Shown one piece after another: positions 9,836 to 19,522 of a DNA stretch of 64,000 nt (positions are counted from its first letter, which is position 1; every line of letters begins with the position of its first letter). The stretch is from an uncultured Hellea sp. (GTDB lineage: Bacteria > Pseudomonadota > Alphaproteobacteria > Caulobacterales > Maricaulaceae). Where the stretch lies: assembly GCA_905477785.1 (NCBI GenBank), contig CAJQGR010000008.1, forward strand, positions 4,900 through 68,899, written 5' to 3'. The translations under genes were made by a program, and so were the position numbers. The notes beneath the pieces are model-generated. The model did no database searches. It was not told the origin of the DNA and saw only the letters and a program-made list of their open reading frames with translations.

Positions 9836-11347
9836 ATGCTTCCTGATTCAAACATTAAAAACATAGTTATTGTGGGCGGAGGTACTGCAGGGTGGATGAC
9901 AGCTGCGGCTATATCGCGCCTGCTTAACCACCCAGAGATTAAAATAAATTTGATCGAGTCAGATACCATTGGCACAGTTGGAGTTGGCGAAGCAACAATA
10001 CCGCATTTAAGATTCTTTAATCAATTACTTGGTTTGCATGAAGATGACTTTGTGAAGAAAACTAATGCTACTTTTAAATTGGGTATTGAATTCGTCAACT
10101 GGGATAAAATTGGAAAAAGTTATATTCACCCCTTTGGGCCATATGGGGTGCCAATGGGAGGCTTGCGGTTTCACCATTACTGGCTGAGACAAAAACAGAT
10201 GGGAAGCCAAATTCCAATTGATGATTATAATTTACAAATAATGGCAGCTAAAGCAGGTAAATTTCATAGACCACAGAATATAAAAAAATCGCCACTCAGC
10301 ACTATAGATTATGCCTTTCATTTTGACGCTACACTATATGCAAAATACATGCGAGAATTCTCAGAAAAAAATGGAGTTAATCGCATAGAGGGTAAAATTG
10401 TCAAATGTCATCAAAATTCTAAAAACGGTTTTATTGAAAACGTACAACTCGAAAATGGCCAAATAATACAGGGAGATTTATTTTTTGACTGCTCCGGCTT
10501 TAGAGGATTGTTAATTGAGCAAACATTAGAGACTGGATATAGTGACTGGTCTAATTATTTACCCTGCAACAGTGCAGTAGCTCAAGCAAGTGAAAAAGCT
10601 GAAGATCCAATACCATACACAAAAGCCACAGCTAAAGAGGCTGGTTGGCAATGGCGTATTCCTTTACAATCGCGAACAGGTAATGGACATGTCTATTGTA
10701 ACGATTATATTTCTGATGAGGAGGCCTTGAAAAGCTTACATAAAGGCATGGATAGTAATCCAATTGGCATTCATAAACAGTTACGGTTTAAAACTGGAAT
10801 CAGAAAAAAAACTTGGAATAAAAATGTTATTTCATTAGGATTAGCAGCCGGTTTCTTAGAGCCTTTAGAGTCTACTTCAATCCATCTTATTCAAACTGCA
10901 ATAGCTCGTTTAATGACAAATTTTCCCGATAAACACTTCAATGAAGCAGATATAAATTATTATAATCAAAGGACTCTACTAGAATATGAACAAGTCAGAG
11001 ATTTTTTAATACTACATTATAAAGCAACCGAACGAGACGATACTCCATTTTGGAATTATTGTAGAAATATGCAAATACCAAATACTCTAAAAGAGAGAAT
11101 GAATATTTACATGGAAAACGCGAGACTTTATCGTCATGATAACGAATTGTTTGGCGACGCTAGCTGGTTTGCAGTTATGCATGGACAAAATATGCATCCA
11201 CAAAGGTTTCATCCAAATGCTAATATAATGCCTGATGCTGAATTAGATAAACGTATGTCTGAAATCCATAAAACCTGGGCGGCTTGCTTGGATACATTGC
11301 CAACTCATCAAGAATACATTGATCAGCACTGTAAATCAAATATCTGA
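9836..11347 (+). CDS. Flavin-dependent (tryptophan-halogenase-like) protein 1
   Basis: VGGGTAGW, VGVGEAT, ATFKLGIEFVNW (PrnA K79-equivalent Lys), GWQWRIP (WxWxIP), GFLEPLESTS. Confidence 0.93.
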   Translation: MLPDSNIKNIVIVGGGTAGWMTAAAISRLLNHPEIKINLIESDTIGTVGVGEATIPHLRFFNQLLGLHEDDFVKKTNATFKLGIEFVNWDKIGKSYIHPFGPYGVPMGGLRFHHYWLRQKQMGSQIPIDDYNLQIMAAKAGKFHRPQNIKKSPLSTIDYAFHFDATLYAKYMREFSEKNGVNRIEGKIVKCHQNSKNGFIENVQLENGQIIQGDLFFDCSGFRGLLIEQTLETGYSDWSNYLPCNSAVAQASEKAEDPIPYTKATAKEAGWQWRIPLQSRTGNGHVYCNDYISDEEALKSLHKGMDSNPIGIHKQLRFKTGIRKKTWNKNVISLGLAAGFLEPLESTSIHLIQTAIARLMTNFPDKHFNEADINYYNQRTLLEYEQVRDFLILHYKATERDDTPFWNYCRNMQIPNTLKERMNIYMENARLYRHDNELFGDASWFAVMHGQNMHPQRFHPNANIMPDAELDKRMSEIHKTWAACLDTLPTHQEYIDQHCKSNI

Positions 11348-11452
11348 TCAACATAATAATTTTTAATCAAACCCGTATAGCATAAGCACTATTCGTTCAT
11401 TAGTTTTGTTCATTATTTTTATGATCTTAATCTATTACTCATAAAATTTTAC

Positions 11453-11481
11453 AAAAAAAATGGAGGGACAAGCCCTCCATT
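11453..11481 (-). terminator. Rho-independent terminator of the TonB-dependent receptor gene
   Basis: Stem ATGGAGGG-ACAAG-CCCTCCAT (11460-11480) next to an A8 run that reads as a U-tract on the minus strand, about 20 nt after the stop. Confidence 0.85.
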
Positions 11482-11501
11482 ATTCATTAATAATTTTTAT
11501 A

Positions 11502-14500
11502 TTAGAACTGATACCTTAGACCAACTCTAATACGTCTATCTCCAACAAAACTAGTTCTCCCGAAGCGTTGACCATCAGCAGAAATTTGCTGCGATGCCTT
11601 AGCCTTTGTATCTAGAATATTGGCGACCTGGACACGGAACTGCAAGTTATCATTAAAGTCATACTTTGCAGATGCATCAAGATAACCTCTTTCCTCCTGG
11701 ATAATAGGAGCGCCTGTTACATAATCACGATACGAGCTCAAATACTCTGACCTCCAGTTATATGCTAGTCTAAATTCAAACTGCTCATCTTGATATATAC
11801 CAATCAAGTTAGCAGAGTGATCAGATAGGCCTAAGAAATCCTGCACACCAAAACGATATATTCTTTCGAATGAGTCAGGAATACCATCGTTATTTGCATC
11901 TGCAATCGCGGCTGGTGGGTTAGTCTTAGCCTCAATATAAGTATAGTTAGCTTGCAATCCTAAGTTTGAAAATAAACCAGGCAGATCATCAAAGAACTGA
12001 GTATAGGCAACTTCAAATCCTTGAATTTCAGCTTCATCTTGGTTTAGATCACCATTAAATACAACAGGAACTTCTACACCATCCAGTGTTTCGGTACCAA
12101 TAGTTTGCGAAGCATAGACTATATTGTTTTTGATATTTTTCTTGAAAAGTGAAAGTGTAAATGAGTTGTCATCACCAAAGTAATGCTCATATGACACATC
12201 AAAATTCCATGATGTAATCGCTTCAAGATCCGGGTTACCACCATAAATACTGATTTGCTGAGGTGTTATGGCTTGTATAATGCCGGGAACTACAGAGTCG
12301 TCCACATCATAACCGAGGTTAGCAACTGCAACCTGGTCAGCTCTTAACTGAGCAACATTTGGACGCGTAATACCCTTACTCACACCGAAACGAATTAAGG
12401 CTTCATCATTAAGGTTCCATTTAGCATTAAAAGACGGAAGCCAGTAATCGGTTGTATTAAACTCACCGTCAAACTGCGTATCCGCTTGGTCAAAATAAGC
12501 AACAGTTCCAGGAGCAAAAATTGCTTCATTGGCACCTGTTATATTTATATAATCAACCCCGCCTGTTCCTTTAACATCAGTAGATGTGTAACGAATACCT
12601 ACGTTACCATCAATTGACATACCATTATTAAACTCATTGCCAAAATCTAATTTTGCGTAGAAATCTTGAGTTTTCTCTTGAATTGATCCAATTAGGCCTC
12701 GGTTATCATAATCAACAACTCCATTAACACGCAGAGGCTGCCAATCACCTATTTGTGGATTACCAGCTGCATTTACTCCAGTACCAAGCAATGCTTCGCC
12801 TTGAAGCGATGAAACCCAAGCATCATAGTTTTGCAACAGAGCTCTATCTACAAATAGTACGGATGTATTGTTACCTACAACTGTGTCGCCGCGGAAGAAA
12901 TCAGTAAAATCTACTTCTTCGTATCCACCTTGAGTCAAGTCGGCCATTGGCATATATCCACCAGCCCAAGGAGCGGCAACAGATGCCCAGTTCAAACCCG
13001 CTGAGCGGTTTGTCTGGTCACGCTCAGCAATTCGCGCGCCAAATTCGATTGAGTCAAACCAACCGTCGCCGTCAAATTCATACTCAACATCGGCTTTAAC
13101 CGCGTACATGTCACCTTCATTATCATTAAACTCATCTGCTGAGAAAAGAAGGTAAGCATTTCTTGGGTCGTTGAGAGCGTCTGTTGCTGATGCCTGACCT
13201 CCTGTTCTTGTCAAATACGGGTTACTCGCAGCGCCTATAAGCTCAACTTGCGGGTTATCCAAATCTGGGTTTATTGTGAAGTCTGAGAAGAAACGTGTAC
13301 CGCCCCAGAGACGTTCTTTTGTAAATTCAGCAGTAGTCTTGTGTGCATCAATATTGATAAACAAACGCTCAGATGGCTGCCATTTAATATTTAGTGACAT
13401 ATCATCTGTTACTGAACGATCTTTTTGGTGTATTGCAAGGTTTGTGAAATTGGCACCGTTGGAACCAGTCCAATCACGTAGGTTGTTTGAAATTACACCC
13501 GTTTCATAAAGTCCGGTAATGGAATATGTATTTTCACAAACAAAGTTTGGATCATTAGCGCCATTACATGATGGAATATCTGCAGAAAAAGGGGTAGTTG
13601 TAAACCCAGGTGCTATGTTAGTTAGGTTGCCTGGAGGGTTACCTGGGAAAAAGCTTTCACCATCTGGAAAGAATTCTAATGTTCTCTCGTCCTGGTCTAC
13701 ACTGTTTTCGATACGCGCAAATTTAGCTGTAGCTTTAAAAGTGCCATCATTATTTTGCCACTGGCCAGCTACGTAGTAACTGTCTCGGCCTCTATCAACT
13801 TCGTTTGTACGAAGCTGAAAACCACCCGGAACACCTATTAGTTCACTTGAACCTGCAGCTACAGGAATCGGAAGAAGTTGACCCACTTGGAAACCATGTA
13901 AGTCTGACTGTAATTCTGATGATGAGAATGATGCGAGTAAACCGAACTCTCCATTTGTACTATCCCAGCGGTTACTGGCGATTACGCTGTAATCTGGGCT
14001 CCACTCGTTGCGAAGGTCAGTATAAGTGCCATCTATTGATGCAGACATAAAAGATCCTGTCTTATCAAATGGCTCAAGTGAACGAAGATTAATGGTACCA
14101 CCAATACCACCTTGGATAAGGTCAGCTGAAGCGTTTTTGTAAACATCAACAGCGCCTATTAATTCTGGAGGAACAGTACCAAAATCTAAAGAACGACCGC
14201 CATTAGCAGAAAAAGCATCTCTACCATTAAATTCAGAACGTACTAAAGTAAGACCCCGAATAAGGTTGCCTCCGCCTTCAGGTGAAGGGAAGTCACCTTG
14301 GCTTCCTCCTAAACCAAAACGCTGAACAACAACACCAGGAACTCGGGCTAATGCCTCAGCAACTGATAGATCAGGTAGTGCACCAACGTCCGAAGCCGTA
14401 ATAGAGTCAACAGCTGTATCAGCATTTCTCTTGAGGTCTCTTGCAGTCTTGATAGCTTGACGAATACCCGTCGCAACTACTTCACCTTCTTCCTCTACAT

Positions 14501-14642
14501 ATGTTTCCTCTGCTGTAGCTGAAGATGTATCTTCCTGCGCATACACGGGTGACATTAAACCAAAGCTTGCAACTAATGCTGTTGTTCCCAACAACGCTAG
14601 CTTATTTAGACGCTCTACTGACGCATTAATATTAGAATTCAC
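11502..14642 (-). CDS. TonB-dependent receptor (Caulobacter/Xanthomonas carbohydrate-uptake type)
   Basis: Signal peptide, EVVATG TonB box, plug motifs DSITASDVGALPDLSVAEALARVPGV and IDVYK/GGIGGTINL, C-terminal Phe (LRYQF). GTG start with AAGGGAG RBS. Confidence 0.95.
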   Translation of the reverse strand: MNSNINASVERLNKLALLGTTALVASFGLMSPVYAQEDTSSATAEETYVEEEGEVVATGIRQAIKTARDLKRNADTAVDSITASDVGALPDLSVAEALARVPGVVVQRFGLGGSQGDFPSPEGGGNLIRGLTLVRSEFNGRDAFSANGGRSLDFGTVPPELIGAVDVYKNASADLIQGGIGGTINLRSLEPFDKTGSFMSASIDGTYTDLRNEWSPDYSVIASNRWDSTNGEFGLLASFSSSELQSDLHGFQVGQLLPIPVAAGSSELIGVPGGFQLRTNEVDRGRDSYYVAGQWQNNDGTFKATAKFARIENSVDQDERTLEFFPDGESFFPGNPPGNLTNIAPGFTTTPFSADIPSCNGANDPNFVCENTYSITGLYETGVISNNLRDWTGSNGANFTNLAIHQKDRSVTDDMSLNIKWQPSERLFINIDAHKTTAEFTKERLWGGTRFFSDFTINPDLDNPQVELIGAASNPYLTRTGGQASATDALNDPRNAYLLFSADEFNDNEGDMYAVKADVEYEFDGDGWFDSIEFGARIAERDQTNRSAGLNWASVAAPWAGGYMPMADLTQGGYEEVDFTDFFRGDTVVGNNTSVLFVDRALLQNYDAWVSSLQGEALLGTGVNAAGNPQIGDWQPLRVNGVVDYDNRGLIGSIQEKTQDFYAKLDFGNEFNNGMSIDGNVGIRYTSTDVKGTGGVDYINITGANEAIFAPGTVAYFDQADTQFDGEFNTTDYWLPSFNAKWNLNDEALIRFGVSKGITRPNVAQLRADQVAVANLGYDVDDSVVPGIIQAITPQQISIYGGNPDLEAITSWNFDVSYEHYFGDDNSFTLSLFKKNIKNNIVYASQTIGTETLDGVEVPVVFNGDLNQDEAEIQGFEVAYTQFFDDLPGLFSNLGLQANYTYIEAKTNPPAAIADANNDGIPDSFERIYRFGVQDFLGLSDHSANLIGIYQDEQFEFRLAYNWRSEYLSSYRDYVTGAPIIQEERGYLDASAKYDFNDNLQFRVQVANILDTKAKASQQISADGQRFGRTSFVGDRRIRVGLRYQF

Positions 14643-14735
14643 TATTTTCTCTCCCTTATTGCCAAAAAGGCATACTTCTTTGTGAAGTAATAATTGCAGT
14701 TAATTTATATAACTTTATTAATACTTAAGCGTAAT

Positions 14736-14751
14736 TTGACAGCGCTGTCAA
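14736..14751. promoter_or_regulatory. LacI-type operator, copy 1 (TTGACAGCGCTGTCAA)
   Basis: Perfect 16-bp palindrome with an AnCGnT centre, in the divergent receptor/halogenase intergenic region. The same core recurs at 19446-19461. Confidence 0.8.
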
Positions 14752-14940
14752 TTACCTTTCATTAAATATTAGTTGCTATAAGATGACAGATTTATGGAAA
14801 TCATTTTTAATAAGTATTGATATCAATGCGCGCATTTGGCACGTTGTAAATCTAAACTAAAAGATAACCTATGAATTCAATTTTGATTGTAAATACATAA
14901 CGCAACAGCCCAACAACATCCAGTACAAGGAGCAAATGTT

Positions 14941-16443
14941 TTGAAAATTGAGAAAATTTGTATCGTGGGCGGCGGCACAGCGGGGTGGATGTCAGCAGCT
15001 GGTTTATCTAATAAATTCAGTGATTTAGGGATATCTATAGAACTCGTAGAGTCAGATAAAATTGGTACAGTAGGCGTCGGAGAGGCCACCCTTCCACATA
15101 TAAGGTACTTTAATAATTCTTTGGGAATAAATGAAAAGGATTTTATGCTGGCTACCCGAGCTACATTTAAACTGGGAATAGAATTTTGCGATTGGGGCAA
15201 AATTGGAGACCAATATGTGCATCCCTTTGGTGACTACGGAATACCTATTGATAACATTGAATATCATCATTTTTGGTTAAGACTGTTGCAGAAAGGGCAC
15301 AAGTCTAGACTTTGCGATCACTCTTTTCCAGTCTTAGCAGCCGAATCTGGGAAATTCCAACACCCGCAAGGTGATAACAATGAAATTGGCTCTAACTTTG
15401 GGTATGCATATCAATTTGATTCGGGCCTTTATGCTAAATTTTTGAGGAAATATTCTGAGGCTAGGAATGTCATAAGAACAGAAGGCCGAGTTACAGAAGT
15501 TCTCCAAAACCATGAGAACGGAAACATCACCTCGATACTATTGGAAGACGGGTCTACGATTGAAGCAGATATTTTTATAGATTGTTCAGGTTTCAGAGGC
15601 CTACTTATAGAGCAAACACTAAAGACAGGTTATGAGGACTGGAGTAACTGGCTCCCTTGTAACAAAGCCGTTGCCGTTCAATGTGAACAAGAAGGGCCTA
15701 GCCTTCCCTACACCAGGGCAACAGCTAGAACAGCAGGATGGCAATGGCGTATACCGCTTCAGCATAGAACAGGTAATGGATATGTATACTGGGATAAATA
15801 CATTTCAGATGATGAGGCAACACATCAGCTACTGAGCACATTAGAAGGAAGGGCAATAACAGAGCCAAAACAGCTTTTCTTTAAAACAGGGAAAAGAAAA
15901 AAATTATGGCAAAAAAATGTAATAGCGATTGGTTTGTCAGGGGGGTTCATGGAACCCTTAGAATCCACTTCAATTCACCTTATTCAAGAGGGTATAACCT
16001 CACTAATAGAGCTCTTTCCTGATAAATCTTTTCCTGAAAGCGATATAGAAGAGTACAATCGCCGTATGAATTTAAACTTTGATAGAGTTCGTGATTTCTT
16101 GCTTCTGCACTATGTAGCAACGCAGCGAGATGATAGTGATATGTGGAACTATTTTCGCAATATGACCTTACCATCAAGCCTAAAAGATAAAATCACAGCG
16201 TGGAACAATAGAGGATATTTAACTAAATACGAACACGGCGTATTCCACCCACCCAGCTGGTTGGCAGTGATGGCGGGTCAAAATTTAATGCCAAAATCTT
16301 ATGATATTAGGGCAAATCGTATCGATTATAATATCATTAAATCAAAATTAGACTCCATAAGAAATGACAATAGAATAGCTGTTAAAAATACACCGGAGCA
16401 TGCTTCATATTTACAAGAATATGGCGCTAGCATAGTTAAATAA
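14941..16443 (+). CDS. Flavin-dependent (tryptophan-halogenase-like) protein 2
   Basis: VGGGTAGW, ATFKLGIEFCDW, GWQWRIP, GFMEPLESTS. TTG start with AGGAG 8 nt upstream. Confidence 0.93.
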   Translation: MKIEKICIVGGGTAGWMSAAGLSNKFSDLGISIELVESDKIGTVGVGEATLPHIRYFNNSLGINEKDFMLATRATFKLGIEFCDWGKIGDQYVHPFGDYGIPIDNIEYHHFWLRLLQKGHKSRLCDHSFPVLAAESGKFQHPQGDNNEIGSNFGYAYQFDSGLYAKFLRKYSEARNVIRTEGRVTEVLQNHENGNITSILLEDGSTIEADIFIDCSGFRGLLIEQTLKTGYEDWSNWLPCNKAVAVQCEQEGPSLPYTRATARTAGWQWRIPLQHRTGNGYVYWDKYISDDEATHQLLSTLEGRAITEPKQLFFKTGKRKKLWQKNVIAIGLSGGFMEPLESTSIHLIQEGITSLIELFPDKSFPESDIEEYNRRMNLNFDRVRDFLLLHYVATQRDDSDMWNYFRNMTLPSSLKDKITAWNNRGYLTKYEHGVFHPPSWLAVMAGQNLMPKSYDIRANRIDYNIIKSKLDSIRNDNRIAVKNTPEHASYLQEYGASIVK

Positions 16444-16445
16444 TA

Positions 16446-17936
16446 ATGAATAATTCTAACATAAAAAATATTATCATATGTGGAAATGGATTAGCTGGTG
16501 TAATAACTACAGCAGCACTGGCCAAGGCACTGCCAAAGGAAACCAAATTAACGTTAATAGATACCCTCTGCACTCACGAAAAAGATATATTTTACGGAAA
16601 TGTAACATCAACATCAACTTACGCATTTTTACTAAGTTTGGGCATAACTGAAATTGAACTATTAACCCAAAGCAACACGTCTTTTTCATTAGGAACACAT
16701 TATTTAGACTGGGGCGAGGAAAAAAATTCATGGTATCAATGCCATCATCAACCTCTACCCCTGATACAAGGAGTAATGTTTCACCACTATTTAAATCGAA
16801 TCACCGCCAAATTCCCAGAGCAATCAGCTATAGGTCCCTATATTATGTCTGTGTGTGCAGCTAATAAAGGGGTTTTTGCCCACCCATCAAAAGACCCTAA
16901 AAATCCCTTAAAAAATATAGAATATGGTTATCATTTTCATCCTGCTGAATTACGAAAAATAATAGGTAGAAAATTAGATAACTGGGATATAAATATAGAA
17001 AAAGGAAGCATAAAATCCATCGAAAAATCTAATGGAGAAATTAAATCTTTAACATTATCCAATGGCGCTAATATATCAGGTGATTTTTTTATTGATTGCA
17101 CTCAGGGTAATTTAGGAATTTATGATAAGCGTATTAATTTTGGACATAATCGTACACTCAAAGCGGTAGAGAATATTTCACCTCATAACGAGATAATCGG
17201 CTCTTGTAGAAAAGTTCATGGCAATATTGAAAAATGGAAATCACAAACATTTTTACAAGATAAACTTCAAATACTTAATATAAGTGAGATATCCAACAAA
17301 AAAGATAATGATACTGAATCACGAACTCATCACTCAACCGGTGTTACCATTACCACTGGTTTTTCTGAAAATCCCTGGATAAATAATTGTCTTAGATTAG
17401 GACATAGTGCAGCTGTATTATCACCATTAACACCAGCACCCATTATGCTTTTACAAAATGATGTTAAGAGGATGTTGGAGCTAATTCCAATTTCGCACGA
17501 TATGAAAATTGAAGCTAAAGAATATAACCGCCGTTTCACAGAGGATTATATTCACGCATCTACATTCGAGAGTGCATTTCAACCCGCCCAGACCATTATA
17601 AAAAAAGAAAGCTATGAAAACAAAATTGAAGAACTAATTTATGATAAACTTAAAAATAAAATAATGCAATTTAAGAGTAGAGGCATTGTTCTGCAATATG
17701 ACCTTGAACCATTCAACAATGAGGACTGGATCCAGATACATTTGGGTATGAAACGCATACCAAAAAGGTATGACGCATTAGCAGATAGGCTCGATGAAAC
17801 TCAGCTCATAGAAACACTAAAAAACATCAAAAAAAATAATTTTATAATATCAGAAAAAATACCCCCACTTAACAAATACATCACAGGATTGATAAAATAT
17901 CTCAGGAAGCAGAATGACAAAGTCCAATCAAAATAA
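16446..17936 (+). CDS. Degenerate tryptophan-halogenase-like protein 3 (predicted catalytically inactive)
   Basis: Full length and collinear with its neighbours (ICGNGLAG, YGYHF, GDFFIDCT). FKLGI is FSLGT, WQWRIP is WKSQTF and FLEPLES is VLSPLTP. Confidence 0.8.
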   Translation: MNNSNIKNIIICGNGLAGVITTAALAKALPKETKLTLIDTLCTHEKDIFYGNVTSTSTYAFLLSLGITEIELLTQSNTSFSLGTHYLDWGEEKNSWYQCHHQPLPLIQGVMFHHYLNRITAKFPEQSAIGPYIMSVCAANKGVFAHPSKDPKNPLKNIEYGYHFHPAELRKIIGRKLDNWDINIEKGSIKSIEKSNGEIKSLTLSNGANISGDFFIDCTQGNLGIYDKRINFGHNRTLKAVENISPHNEIIGSCRKVHGNIEKWKSQTFLQDKLQILNISEISNKKDNDTESRTHHSTGVTITTGFSENPWINNCLRLGHSAAVLSPLTPAPIMLLQNDVKRMLELIPISHDMKIEAKEYNRRFTEDYIHASTFESAFQPAQTIIKKESYENKIEELIYDKLKNKIMQFKSRGIVLQYDLEPFNNEDWIQIHLGMKRIPKRYDALADRLDETQLIETLKNIKKNNFIISEKIPPLNKYITGLIKYLRKQNDKVQSK

Positions 17937-19431
17937 TATAAAAAATATAGTTATTGTAGGCGGAGGCTCAGCGGGCTGGATGACAGCTGCCGCTTTATCA
18001 AGCATGTTAAGCCCTAATAATGTAAATATTACACTGATTGAGTCAGAACAGATTGGCACTGTGGGAGTTGGAGAGGCAACAATTCCGGATATGTTAAATT
18101 TCAATGCTATGCTGGGGATTGATGAAGCTGAGTTTTTAAAAGCAACAGATGGAACATTTAAACTGGGAATAGAATTTAACAACTGGGGTCGCAAAGGCGA
18201 CTCATATTTTCATCCCTTCGGTAATATTGGCGTAGATATGCAAGGGATTGACTTCCATCAATTTTGGCTTCGCTCTAAAGAGGGAGGCAGTACTGCAAAG
18301 TTGCAAGATTATAGTATCTGCGCAGTCGCAAGTGTCGAAAATAAATTTTCTATGCCAGATCAAAACCCAAGATCTTTATTATCTCATTTACGTTATGCAT
18401 ATCATATTGATGCAACCAAATATGCGAAATACTTACGTAATTATGCTGAATTAAGACACGTTAATCGTTTGGAAGGTAAAGTCACTCAAGTAAACCTAGA
18501 CCAAGAAACTGGAAATATAGCCAATCTTCAAATGGAAAGTAAACAAATTATAGAAGGTGATTTCTATTTTGATTGCACTGGGTTTAGGGCTTTACTGTCT
18601 GATGGAGCACTTAAGGTGCCATTTACAGATTGGAGCCACTGGTTACCTTGCGATAGCGCTCAAACTGTAGCAAGCAAACAAAAAGGAGAACTTTTACCCT
18701 ATACGAAAGCCACAGCTAAAACAGCTGGGTGGCAATGGAGAATACCCACCCAACGTAGAACAGGTAACGGGCATATTTATTCAAGTAAATTCATGAGAGA
18801 CACCGATGCAACTGAAGTATTATTAGATGGGATCGACAGTGAACTTATTGGAAACCCACGTAAAATAAGCTTTAAAACTGGTTGTCGTAAAAATTTATGG
18901 AATAAAAACTGTATTTCCATTGGTTTATCAGCAGGCTTTTTAGAGCCATTGGAGTCAACTTCGTTATATCTCATTCAAGTGGGTATTAGTAAATTTATAT
19001 CTCTATTTCCGACAACTGAAGTTTCAGAGGTGGTGAGAAGCGAATATAACAAACAGATGTTAAAAGAATTTCATCAAGTTCGTGATTTTATTATATTGCA
19101 TTATAAAGCAACAGAACGGGATGATAGTGAATTTTGGAATTATTGCAGAAATATGAGTGTTCCGGACAGCTTAAGTGCCAAAGTAGAACTTTTTAGAGAA
19201 GCAGGTAGAGTATTTAGATATGATGATGAATTATTCTCGAAGCCTAGCTGGATCGCAGTTTGCTTAGGGCAGAATATAATACCAAAGAACATTGACCCCA
19301 TAATTTCCTCATTACCGTTTAATCAAGTGCAGCATAGTCTCGACTCCATGCAAAATGCCATGAAAGTTAGTGTAGATAAAATGAAAACTCATGAAGAATT
19401 TATCAAGCATTACAATGCCAGCTCTATATAG
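17914..19431 (+). CDS. Flavin-dependent (tryptophan-halogenase-like) protein 4
   Basis: VGGGSAGW, GTFKLGIEFNNW, GWQWRIP, GFLEPLESTS; overlaps the previous gene by 23 nt. Confidence 0.93.
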   Translation: MTKSNQNNIKNIVIVGGGSAGWMTAAALSSMLSPNNVNITLIESEQIGTVGVGEATIPDMLNFNAMLGIDEAEFLKATDGTFKLGIEFNNWGRKGDSYFHPFGNIGVDMQGIDFHQFWLRSKEGGSTAKLQDYSICAVASVENKFSMPDQNPRSLLSHLRYAYHIDATKYAKYLRNYAELRHVNRLEGKVTQVNLDQETGNIANLQMESKQIIEGDFYFDCTGFRALLSDGALKVPFTDWSHWLPCDSAQTVASKQKGELLPYTKATAKTAGWQWRIPTQRRTGNGHIYSSKFMRDTDATEVLLDGIDSELIGNPRKISFKTGCRKNLWNKNCISIGLSAGFLEPLESTSLYLIQVGISKFISLFPTTEVSEVVRSEYNKQMLKEFHQVRDFIILHYKATERDDSEFWNYCRNMSVPDSLSAKVELFREAGRVFRYDDELFSKPSWIAVCLGQNIIPKNIDPIISSLPFNQVQHSLDSMQNAMKVSVDKMKTHEEFIKHYNASSI

Positions 19432-19442
19432 CTTATTTTAGA

Positions 19443-19464
19443 TATTTGACAGCGCTGTCAAATA
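19443..19464. promoter_or_regulatory. LacI-type operator, copy 2 (TATTTGACAGCGCTGTCAAATA)
   Basis: Perfect 22-bp palindrome about 60 nt upstream of the ATG at 19523. It contains TTGACA (19446-19451), with TATAAT at 19467-19472. Confidence 0.8.
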
Positions 19465-19522
19465 CTTATAATTACAACAACATATAGTTTTTGTTGCTTT
19501 GATTACGGATAGGATTTTAAAT

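Noticed and set aside
14837-14852. Sigma-54 promoter upstream of halogenase 2
   Set aside because: The -24 element TGGCACG is present but the required -12 TTGC is missing, so it was not called as a promoter.
9836-19431. Pyrrolnitrin- or rebeccamycin-type biosynthetic cluster
   Set aside because: There are no prnB/C/D, rebO/D, NRPS, PKS or tailoring genes. The context is uptake and regulation.
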